64,000 nt of DNA. Origin: Octopus vulgaris (taxonomy: Eukaryota). The position numbers and the translations under genes are program-made. The DNA lies in the NCBI GenBank assembly GCA_951406725.2, contig OX597815.1:122760001-122824000 (forward strand). The letters run 5' to 3'. Below, one piece after another: positions 14,626 through 26,883 of the stretch. Position 1 is the stretch's first letter. Each line of letters begins with the position of its first letter. The notes beneath the pieces are model-generated. The model did no database searches and had not been told where the DNA came from. It was given only the letters and a program-made list of their open reading frames with translations.

Positions 14626-16034
14626 AACATCATCATCATCACCACTCTTTTTATGCCTAATTTTCCATGCTGGCATGGGTTGGACAACATATCATGCTCT
14701 GGCATGAGAGAGAATAGTAACAGTTCTTATTTACTGTTATTTCCCTCCTAAAGAGATCAGGAACCATACCTCATTGATATCCTTTAATTTGGCTTAGTTT
14801 CAACAATGAGATGCCCTTCTTATTACCAATTACTCTGCAGAACATAATGTGTGCATGGTACTATAAAGTGTCCCTTCTACCCTGCTTTGTTTCTGTGCAT
14901 TGGCACCAAAGAGGTTGTTTCATGCACTAAAATACAAAAGGGAGTTGCTGCTTCTCTGAATTATCTCCTCTAGTTCCTCCCTTTCTTTCCCACAAAATTG
15001 GTTGTGTGGAAAGGAACAATCACATCACCGGTATCAGGAGATAGTTTGTGATTAAACTAAACAGTTCCCTTCACCCTGTATCAATCAAGTTCAAAGGATT
15101 AATGGAATTAGAGTAATGATATCTACCTTCAATGTTAACAAGACCAAAGAGATAATGAAATGAGTGAGTTGATATTATTGTAATGTGTAAAACCTGTGTG
15201 TATCATTATATTGCATTTATGTTATTGTACTGTACTGTGTGTGTATTATTGTATTATGTTTATCATTATTTTATTTTTGTATATTGTCGTTATACATGTG
15301 TGTGTATATGTATATATATCAACAGAGAGAGAGACAGGGAGATAGAGAAAGATTCACACACACACACAAGGCATCCTTCACATAACTGAAACTCTGATTA
15401 TTGAATTTCACATATGAAATTGTAAAGTATGATTATCAGTTTTAAGAGCCAGCATGTAATCCTTCCATAACAGATACTTGAGAAAATTTTAACAATTTTA
15501 GACCAAAACTAACCCTAACCTATACACTCAAACCTCCCTATCACCTACACATTATTTTCTCCATGCTCCCACCTTGTCTGTGCATGTGATCTTGTTTTCA
15601 TTGATCTCAACATGCTTGCCAACATCTACCTGCTCTCTCTTAGCACTCCCTCACTTTGCTTAAGTGTGTACCAATTCAACTGATCTTAGTTTTACTACCA
15701 GCTTTAATCTATTTTACTCTTTCACTCCTTCCATTTACTCACTAAAATTTGTATATCCAAATTGAACAATAAAATAATGTCAGTTATAATAATACAATTA
15801 ATACATGATGGCAATGAAATTACCAGTGGGAATTAAAATACTTTTAGATGTGGTAAAGATGATAAAAACTTTGCTATAATAATGTGACAATTTTCAATGA
15901 CAGTAAACAGGCATGCTTGCCATGGTATTGCTAATGTCAGCCTTCTGTACAGAAAGGGCCAGAATTTAATAAATGTAGTTGTGTTTATCACTGATTCGTT
16001 CATCACTGATCCAGGATAACATATGTTCAATTGT

Positions 16035-16475
16035 GAACCATGTTATATTTATCACAGCTTGATCTGTGATAACATGAGTTGGTTTTCAGTTAAAGATTCT
16101 ACTTGTATCATAAAAATGTACTCCAATAACAAGGTTATGTTACCCAGAGTGCACTATGATTTGTGTTTACATATCTGTGCTTAAGGTTGTGTATTTTTAA
16201 TATGGATTTACCTACTTGTATCCATCAAAATGGAACCAATGAACAGAAAAAATATGAAGACACCTGAACCTAACAAACAATGTAGATGGGTGTATTCTCT
16301 ACAGGAAAAGGTAGAGATAATCAAGAAAATACATAATGGTGAAGCTTTGTTGTTATGGGCCATGAGTTTGGTGTCAATAAATGTACTAAGCATTCAGTTC
16401 ACAAAGTGTGTGGAGATGATTCATTTACCACTAGTTTTTTCTGAACCATACCCCTATGATAAATGAGGATAGATA
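16035..16475 (+). mobile_element. pogo/Tigger-derived non-autonomous relic
   Basis: ORF 16230 (RWVYSLQEKVEIIKKIHNGE, then shifted GHEFGVN) resembles the CENP-B-type HTH of pogo/Tigger; residual TIRs atttatcacag / ctatgataaat. Confidence 0.65.
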
Positions 16476-17409
16476 TAATTTCATACTCAAAATTACAGCT
16501 TATTTCATATGGAATCCCTCCCCGCCACAGAAATAATGAAAAAAAAAAAAAAATTTAAATGTAAATATTATCATTATTGAAATGCTATCATAGTGAGAAA
16601 CAAATAAAACCTCTGTTCCTGAAATACTGTGATTATTAGAAAGAAATATAGCCATATGAGTTTCTATTAAAAGATGAAAAGTATTTGATAATGAAAATGT
16701 TTAAATGGAATAAAATGAAACTTTTTACATTATATTATGTCTTTTATATCCTTCCATACTAGTTAACTTTTCCCAGTTGACTTCACAGCAGGCGCAACCT
16801 GCATCAGTAAAGTTCATTGGTTACTTAATTTCCCCTTTTTATTTCATTTTTGTTACTTTGAAGATGTGTAAACTTTTTGAGTATGTTTTGAATACCAATC
16901 ACAATAAATCTGACTTTAACACTTCTTTTTGCTATATGTCATAATGTTAATAAGTCAGTGTGTTATATATGAAAGATATTTTTTCCAAGATTTTATAACC
17001 CATAATTACTTGTACATATTATACATGTGAGCACTTAATATATTCAAATAAAAATTATATATATGTAATATTGATTTCAAATTTCAGCACAAGGCCAGCA
17101 ATTTCATGGGCAGAGATAAGTCGATTATGTTGACCCTAGTGCTCAACACTGAAAGGATGAATGGCAAAGTCAATTCCAGCAGCATTTGAACTTAGAACAT
17201 AAAGTTGAAAGAAATACCACTAAGCATTTTGTTTGGCATGGTAACGATTCTGCTAGCTTGCTGCCTTATATATATGTAATATTAACATCTATTTTACCAG
17301 ACTGCCTTTATTTGTATGTTTATATGGGTATGTTTATTTTTAAATATATGCACATGCATGCACACAAATAATAATAATAATGACAATAATAATAATAAGA
17401 TATATATAT

Positions 17410-17667
17410 ATTAGAATTGGAAATGCCAGTTTATGGGATTACTTTAGATACCCTTTCCATAAAGGGTTTAGCTTTATGGTGTATCGTCAGATCCCCAAAA
17501 CCTGTTGGCCGATGCCCTGTTAAAAATATGCAGTAGGGAAATGTTTCCATATTTTTAAGAGTTCATGGGCCAACAGATTTTTGGGATCTGACGGTACGCC
17601 ATAAAGCTAAACCCTTTATGGACAAGAAATCGAAGGTAATCGCATAAACCGGCCTTCCCGTCTTAAT
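17410..17667. mobile_element. Palindromic MITE, ~258 bp, TA-flanked
   Basis: Inverted arms of about 120 bp, including exact ccataaagggtttagctttatgg and its reverse complement; TA repeats on both flanks. Confidence 0.85.
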
Positions 17668-18656
17668 ATATACTGCTCTACATCTTAGAGTGTGCTTCTT
17701 CTTTCAGATTTATGTTTTTACAAACGATCTATATATATATATATATGAAACGGTCTATATATATATATGAAATAGTTTTTAGCAATTGTTCCTTTCTTTT
17801 TTACTATCCTCTTCTGTTATATCGTATTCCCTCTCTATCTCACCATCACTCCAATTCTCTCCCGGTCTCTTTCCTACCCCCTTTTCTCACTCCAACCAAT
17901 TACCTACTCGGCATGCACATCTAGTACCTTCAGTCATTCTCTTCTGTGTGAAATCTCTCATGAAAAAAAATATATATAAAAATACATAACCCATTGCCCA
18001 AAACAGGGCTTTATCTGAAATGTCAGAAACTCATCTCACAAAAGCATACCAATTTAGAATAATTTCAATTGTACTTTACAATACATACATACATACATAC
18101 GTATAGACAGGCTGACAAACATATACAGACAGACAGACACAGACATATATATATCATGATCATCTTCATTGTTTTAATGTCCACTTTTCCATGACTGTAT
18201 GAGTTCAGTCAGAATTCATAAAGGCAGATTTTTCTATGGCTGGATACAATTCCTTTCACCAACTCTCACTAGCTTCCAAGCAAGGTAATACTTCCCAATG
18301 GATGGACATGCTTTCACAGATGATGGGAAACGAGGGACTCTGCTTTGTATGATAGTGATGCTATTTATAATTAACATATGTATACATATATATGTGTATA
18401 TGTATATATATATGTGTGTATATATATCCGAGCATGGCCGTAGCCAGTACCGCCCTGACTGGCCTCCGTGCCGGTGGCACATAAAAAGCACCCACTACAC
18501 TCACGGAGTGGTTGGCGTTAGGAAGGGCATCCAGCTGTAAAAAAACTGCTAGATCAGACTGGGCCTGGTGCAGCCTTCTGGCTTCCCAGACCCCAGTTGA
18601 ACCATCCAACCCATGCTAGCATGGAAAGCGGACGCTAAACGATGATGATGATGATG

Positions 18657-18687
18657 ATATATCTATATATCTATATATCTATATATC

Positions 18688-18737
<50 letters not shown>

Positions 18738-18902
18738 TATTGGAAATGGATGCTTGGCATTCAATCATATAAAATATATATATATAGGCATATATACATA
18801 CATATATGTACATACTGACATATATATGTATATATATATGCATAAATGGGTACAGGACGACACAAAACGTAAACAACATGAAAAAAAAAAAATATATATA
18901 TA

Positions 18903-18947
<45 letters not shown>

Positions 18948-18984
18948 GCATATGTGTATAAACATATATATATATATGTGTATA

Positions 18985-19067
<83 letters not shown>

Positions 19068-19144
19068 TATATATTATATATATATATACATATATACATA
19101 TACACACACACAGATATCTTTCTATCTATCTATCTATCTATCTA

Positions 19145-19177
<33 letters not shown>
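18657..19177. repeat. Compound (TA)n/(TATG)/(TCTA)n microsatellite block
   Basis: Seen directly. Other (TA)n tracts lie at 7777-7802, 8177-8230, 26820-26881 and 59470-59533. Confidence 0.95.
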
Positions 19178-19181
<4 letters not shown>

Positions 19182-19568
19182 CATCTGTTGTTTTAAGTGT
19201 CTAATAATAGGCATCTTAAATAAAATATCTCTATCTTGAAAACTAAAAATCCTCTTCTAAATTAAAGTATAGTAACATTGCTTTGAATTTAGAAATTAAT
19301 TCTTCCGTAAGTAAAATAAAAATGTATATCATTCAATATAGAAGAACTAAAACAAATTGCTGTCAAAATCTCACCAGTCATCGATAGCAAAGAATTAAAA
19401 TGAATTTTCAAAATATCCTAATGTGTTATATACATGGAAAATTAAGACTGACATATATGAAATAAATTTTAGTAATATTAGTATTTAGTAATGCTTATAT
19501 AATGTGTTAATGTGTTTTTTTTTATTATTTTCCTATTTACACCCTCAAGTGAAAGCATTAAGGAGCTA

Positions 19569-19574
19569 TTTATT
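19569..19574 (-). promoter_or_regulatory. Candidate polyadenylation signal AATAAA of the SESTD1-like gene
   Basis: AATAAA about 210 nt downstream of the stop codon in repeat-free AT-rich sequence. The hexamer is common by chance in this composition. Confidence 0.4.
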
Positions 19575-19782
19575 GTGTAATACATATAAGTATTAGCCAA
19601 AAGGGTTAGATTTATATTATGAAGGTGCAGATTAATTGCTTTGGAAGATATAAAAACACTTTGATAGTGTATGTGTCAGCTTGCTGATATAAAGAGAAGG
19701 AAGAGAGATAGAAAGAAAGAGGATGGTGATTGGCTTTGAATTAATAATGATTTTGAATATTATTAATAATGCTTGAGCCATC

Positions 19783-20242
19783 TTAAACAATACTTACATC
19801 ATGCAACCTTTGAAGAAGATCATCATCTTTCTGGGCTGCATTATTGAATTCATATGGTGCAGTCATAACAGAGGACATATATGGCTCAGAAGGAATTATT
19901 CCCTGCATATCTCTATCAGTTATGTTTGCAACGTTCTCATTAAGATAATTGTCATTTGAAAAATTTTTCCTGGAACTATGTAAAGACTGATTTTGAGAAG
20001 AGAAAATTTGTTCAGGCTGCTCACGCTTTTTCCGTGGTGGGTAAGAGGGTTTTCTCTGAGATTGCGGTTTTGCTTTTTGAGTTTCATTTGATCTTGGATA
20101 AACCTTTGGTTTATTTGAAGAAATTGAGTTAATTTCAGTCCATAATTCATTTAGTTCACCTAACGATTGTTCTATTTTATGTAATCGTGCCATAATAATA
20201 CTTGAAGCTTTGGCATCTTCTTTTATGATATTTTCACTGTTT
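19783..20242 (-). CDS. SESTD1: SESTD1-like terminal coding exon 16 (NSENIIKEDAKASSIIMARLHKIE...LQRLHDVSIV*)
   Basis: tctttcAG acceptor at 20243-44; phase 2 joins in frame with ORF 19783..20193; TAA stop. Confidence 0.9.
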
Positions 20243-23200
20243 CTGAAAGATTGAAATGAAAAGATATTTAAACATTTAAGTTATATTTATCAAGATATTA
20301 GAAATATTTAGAAATAAGCCTTTCCCCACCCCATTTGCTTGAATATTTTTAATGTACATTTATTTAAAGCTTCAAGTCAGTGTTGGCAGAATTCAATTCA
20401 AAGCTCATTTTTTAAATCATTCCAGCATGAATTAAAGGCAGAATACTTGTTTAACATCAGACAGAAAGATTTTAAAAGAAAATTGTCTAAATTACATAAA
20501 AAAAAAAAATTAGCGCTAACTATGTTTATTGTGCATAAATAAATTAGGTTAGAAACATTACGTATGAAAATTTCTACATTTAATAATATATGATTAACTG
20601 TTGTGTGAAAAAGTGTGGTGGAATTTGAAGAAGAATGGTATTAAACCAAAACATTTATTTTACCAAATGAAATGATTTAAAAGTTTATATAATTTATCCC
20701 CAAAACTACTTTCTACTTTATTATGAAATATCAACAGTGAAATCTTTTGCTGCCAATATGTTTAGTCAGCAGGAGTACACAAGACCTCATCAATATTTTG
20801 GCCATTTAAATATATGTTTTCGTTTAGCAGGCTGATACTTCATTATGATGCCTCCCTTACTCAGTACCTCTTTAACTGCTGCTCACCAACATTTGCACTA
20901 TCCAACATGAACCAACTTCTGCTACCCAACAAACTTTCCTCACCTAATTCTTCACCGCATGTCCAACCACACCCAGCACTCAGATCCATTCCCTAATAGA
21001 GAACCTTATACATCCCCTGCACCCAACCCCTACCCATTTCCCTTACTTTTTTTACAAGTCTGCAACTCTACATACTTTCCTACCCTCCTAACAGTTCATG
21101 TGATTTACCCACTAAACTACTTACTGTACTTAAAATAGTTAATTAGTCCCTTTCTTTAAATAAATTGTCAGCAGCAGCAGCAGCAGAAGCAGAAAGAGGG
21201 TAATGCAATATACACTGAGTAAAAAAAATTGTTTTCAAAAAACTAACAGTGAAATGGTTGTTTCTTTGAATGTACAGGGAATGTATTATAGTGTTAGTCA
21301 AGTCTGTAAAACACTTAAGATAGAACACGCACTCACACACACACAAACCCAACAGAGGTATTACATAATGATATGTTGCCTGTGTAATAATATTAGATGG
21401 GAGACAGAGGGGAAAATCAGAGACATCAGATAACAGAACACAGGTGTTATGAATATGCAGCAAGAATGCATTATAAGAAGTGAAGTGGCAGATGTTAACA
21501 AGAAGTATATAATGGAAGACTAGCCTAAAATATATTAATAATGATCACTGGAATGAGTAAGCTTTCTCTTATTTGATGTTTACAGTATTTCAATCAATTA
21601 ATGCTTCAGCAAATCCAGATGCTATATTCTATATATAAACAATTCTTTATGTTAGATTGAAATCACAAACTTTGTTGTAAATTGCAAAATTTAGCAGGTT
21701 TATATGTTGTGCCACTACTTCAAAATCTATTATATAAAATCCATTCTGTCTATCTGTGTGTGTGTCTTCTAGGATCTCGGGTATCCTCCATCCAATTGCA
21801 CTCAAATTTGATATGTAGATACCGACGGTATCAGGGCGTGTATATAAGTCTTGAAAAAATTACAAAAATCGATTCCAGGTGAGAATGCGATCGATAAAGC
21901 CATGGGAACGTGCATTTGTATGTGCAAGTACATCAGCTGTTGCGATCGATACTACACATATGTAAGAAAAATACATGTGCAGTTTGCGCAAAAAAAGCCG
22001 GCTGGCTTGACAACTCAGCACCATCTATTGGACGGGGTGTGTTTTGCTCGTATGTTGATATAATTCTAAATTTAATGAATCAAAGCATGGAACTCATCTT
22101 AATGATTTACATAAATACCCTCATAATTTACTATTCCTTACTACAATAAGCAGTTAAATATTTCAATGTTGTAAACCACCAAAAGAGCCTTAACCCATTT
22201 GATACCAACTTGCCTAACACCATACCTGCTTTTATGATACAAACTTCCTGTTTCAAAGTGATTTAAATTAAAACCTTCCATCAATATTTCATGTTTCAAA
22301 TAACAGCTTAATAATCACTAAGTTAATAATTTTTCATTATTTTAAAAGCTAACTGAAACCAAAACAGTGTATTTCAACTGAAATATAGAAACTGATTATA
22401 GAAGATTAACAGTTCACTTAGACCACTAGAAATAACAAATATTTCTTAAATTATACCCTATCATGTTAAAAAATGAATGACTTATTAGAAAATGTAACCT
22501 TAAATAGACTCATCAACACTTTTTATAGAGTATTTATGTAAATCATTAAGATGAGTTCCATGCTTTGATACGTCAAATTTAGAAGTATATCAACATATTT
22601 TGAAGTAGTGGCACAGCATATAAAACTGCTGAATTTTGCAATTTACAACAAAGTTTGTGATTTCAATCTAGCATAAAGAATTGTTTATATGTAAAATTTA
22701 GGAATTTATTGAGGCAAGCTTTTTTATGGCTAAATGTTCTTCCAATCACCAATATCCATTTCCAAGCAAGGTAATATTTCTCATGAAATAGCATGTTTTC
22801 CTGGAAGACTGGAAACAAATGACACAACTTGTATGACAGTAACACTTGTTTGAAATTATCGCACAATGTCAAGACAAGGAAACACAAACACTCACAATGG
22901 GCTTCTTTCAGTTTCTGTTTAACAAATTCACCTGTAAGGCTTCAGTCAGCCTAGGGCTAGGATGGAAAAACTCTCACCAAATATGCCATAGTATGAGACT
23001 GAATCTGAAGCCATGTAGTTGGGAAGTAAACTTCTTGACCACACAGCCATGTCCACAAGTGAGGAAAGATGCCCAGCATCAACCCACATGTTCTTTTTGA
23101 CAGTTGTGATGTTTAGTTTTCATTTCAGGTTGTATTGGTAATAAATATTCAGTCAGATCAAAATGTTGTGAACAGCTGATCAATACAATTTAGCAGTTGC

Positions 23201-26119
23201 TTAGACAGGGGATGAACTAGCTTGTCTGTCTTTATAAACAAGACCTGTAGGTCTGCTTGAGCAGAACTGATTTAAGGATACACAATAATAACAACAACAA
23301 TAGAGAATCAAAGATTTATAAACCTTAGTACTCTCTCTTTTACTCTTTTATTTGTTTCAGTCATTTGACTGATTCATGCTGGAGCACTGCCTTTAGTCGA
23401 GCAAATCGACCCCAGGACTTATTCTTTGTAAGCCTAGTACTTATTCTATCGGTCTCTTTTGCCAAACCGCTAAGTTACACACCACCATCGGTTGTCAAGC
23501 GATGCTGGGGGACAAACACAGACACAAACATATACACATGCACATTTTCTCAACTATATATATATATATATCCGACAGGCTTCTTTCAGTTTCCATCTAC
23601 CAAATCCACTCACAAGGCATTGGTCGGCCTGAGGCTATAGTAGAAGACACTTGCCCAAGGTGCCACACAGTGGGACTGAACCCAGAACCATGTGGTTAGT
23701 AAGCAAGCTACTTACCACACAGCCACTCTTATCATCATCTTCATCATCGTTTAACGTCCGTTTTCCGCTCTAGCACGGGTTTGACAGTTCGACCGGGGTC
23801 TGGGAAGCCAGGAGGCTGCACCAGGCTCCAGTCTGATCTGGCAGTGTTTCTACAGCTGGATGCCCTTTCTAACGCCAACCACTCTGTGAGTGTAGTGGGT
23901 GCTTTTTACGTGCCACCGGCACAGGTGCCAGGGGCCACGATCAGTTGGTGCTTTTAACGTGCCACGTTCGAATGGTGCTTTTTACGTGCCACCGGCACAG
24001 AAGTCTGTCAAGGCGGCGCTGGCATCGGCCACATTCGGATGGTGCTTTTTATGTGCCACTGGCACAGGTCTCACAACTACTATTTCCATTAATATTTATT
24101 TTGATGTCCATGTACTTGACTCAATAGGTCTCCTCAAGCACAGCGGGTTGTTCTGAAATCCAAGGTACTTTGAATGGGCAGGGGCTATGCGGAACTGGTG
24201 CAGGAAGCAGCCCGGGTCTTTGCAGTCGCAGCATATCTCCAGAGATCTCGGTCCTTCGTCATTGCCTCTGAGGTCATGCTTGACTACCTCATCCCATGTC
24301 TTCCTGGGTCTACCTCTCCTCCTGATACCTTCAACTGTTTGGGAGCGGCATTTCTTCACACATCTCTCCTCATCCATCCACAGTACATGACCATACCATC
24401 GCAAGCATCGCTCTTGCACACCACATCTGATGCTTTTTATGTCCAGCATTTCTCTCAGGGTGCTCACACTCTGTCGTGCGCGCACACTGACATTACACAT
24501 CCAGCGGATCATGTTAGCTTCATATCTTTCAAGTCTACGCATGTCCTCTGCAGTCACAGCCCATGTTTCACTACCGTGAAGCATGGCAGTTCACACACAT
24601 GCATCATACAATCTACCTTTCACTCTGAGCGAGAGACCCTTTGTCGCCAGTAGGGGTAGGAGCTTTCTAAACTTTGCCCAGGCTAAGTAATTAATTCCTA
24701 TGTAAAACAGTGTTTAAATTTCTTTCAATTTAATAAATACAGCAGGAAAGATTTGTTAAATACCATGGAAATTTGTTCATATAGGTTTAACTTACAGCCT
24801 AATATAACACAACCACCTGATCTTTAGTTGTCAATAACAGAGTTTTTTCTTTGGCAAATATTCAGATTACATCCCTGGTTTCCTCCCTGCCCACAAATTT
24901 TTTTAAGAATTCTTTTTTATATATTTTTTTGCTGCAGATATTGAACTGCAAGTATTCAGGCTGAGCATCAAACTACATCAATCTCACTGATCTAGGAGGG
25001 CTTGCAAATGTCATGGGTCCTGTTTCTTCTCCCCACATTAACTTATTAACAGAAAAAAAAAGAAGAAAAGGTTGAACCATAATAATAACAAAACACTCAA
25101 ATTGTTCAGTATAAATATATCATCATCATCATCTTTTAGCATCCATTTTCCATGCTGATATAGGTTGGACAATTTGATAGGATCCAGTGATGCAATCTAT
25201 GGACATTGCAGCATAATGCAATTTGAGGATTGCATTATGCTCAAATGTCCAATGGTTCCTGCAGTTGGATGTCCGGATGTCCTTCCTAAAGTCAGCTACA
25301 TTACAGAGTGGGTGCTTTTTTTTGTGGCACTAACACTAGTGAAGCTACCATGCAACTTGCAAGACTATGATCTACTTTGACTGAATGGAGTTACAGTAGA
25401 GAAGGTGTCTTTATGCAAAATGATGGCAGGTTAAAGTATGAAAAAAGGAAGGGCTAGAATTTTTTTTTCTTTTTTTTTTTTTTGCTGTAGAGATAGAGAA
25501 TGTACATGGTTACTTCTATTATAGAAAAATGAATGGGTGTAATTGGTGGGATGAGGGAGTGAGAAATAGAGATAAAATAGTGGTGATGAGGTGCCAGTCT
25601 GGACCCTCATGGTGCAAGGAGAATAGAATAGAGACAGAAGAACAGGAAGTGTGGATGGGTAGGAGTAACAAGAGTATATAGGGAGAATGAGGAACAGTTA
25701 TATGTATTATGTATATATATATATATAAATTTTAATACTAGTCACTTCCGGACTCTCTCATTCTATGAGAATTTTCAGTTCGATCACACGTGTCTCTTAG
25801 TATGCAGTTGAATTTCTATTTTGGATGTATTTGGGGTACTTAAGTATACTTATAACTTAGTGTTTACTTCTTCTATGGGTGCAAGTAAGTATCTTATTTA
25901 TTTCCTTATTGTATTTATCGCTGATGACGAGAAAATTCTAAATGAATTAACTCAGAAATTGGGACCAATCCGATAATAACGAAATTTTTTTAGAAATTTC
26001 TATCGGCTTGCTTTCGAGACACGTGCTTATAGTGATAAATTATATGGCTATTGACAAATAAGTCTATATTTCGGCATATTTGGCATTAAAATTTTTTTCT
26101 TTTGCCCTTGTTTATAAGT

Positions 26120-26154
<35 letters not shown>

Positions 26155-26816
26155 AAATACTTACTCGTCCAGTACTATTATTGGCAAAGCAAGTCTTTGT
26201 AGTAAAGCTTTACCCATCTCAATGGTTTCCTGGGCATCAGCTGAAAGGTTATCCTTGAGAGTTTGATGTTTATTCCGTACTTCAGGTTGTAATGGTAATG
26301 AGCGTTCAGTCAGATCAAACATTGTTGTGAACAACTCATCAATACGATTCAGAATCTATTTAGATAGAAAATAATATATAAGGTTTTATATAACAGACAA
26401 ATTCATACATACATCTTGTCTGAACATGTGGGCCTAGAAATAAAGAAAGCAGCTGATGTTGCTTTGATAGCATTAATATCATGTGACCTGTACCTACCAA
26501 CAGAGGCCTAAACACTCAGAAGCCTCTTGAATTTCTTTCAGAACTCTCATTCTGCTCCTAGTGTCTGATGAGCTGGAAATATCCTATGTGCCCATGAGAC
26601 TTTAAGTCATGCAGAGCTGAGTCAAACTGTTATTAAAAATATATATATCACCATCATCATCATCATCATCATTTAACATTTGTTTTCCATGCTGGCATGG
26701 GTTGGACAGATTGAGTGGGGTCTGGGAAGCCAGGAGGCTGCACCAGGCTCCGATCTGATCTAGCAGTGTTTCTACAGCTAAGCATATACACATACATATA
26801 TATGCACACAGCCATG

Positions 26817-26883
<67 letters not shown>

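Noticed and set aside
18679-19179. Long ORFs rich in YIYI
   Set aside because: They are translations of (TA)n microsatellite and have no coding character.
24174-24653. 159-aa plus-strand ORF
   Set aside because: It is the antisense shadow of the RTE LINE ORF.
26555-26600. CTGATGA-gctg-GAAA motif
   Set aside because: There is no stem II and no pairing stem I.
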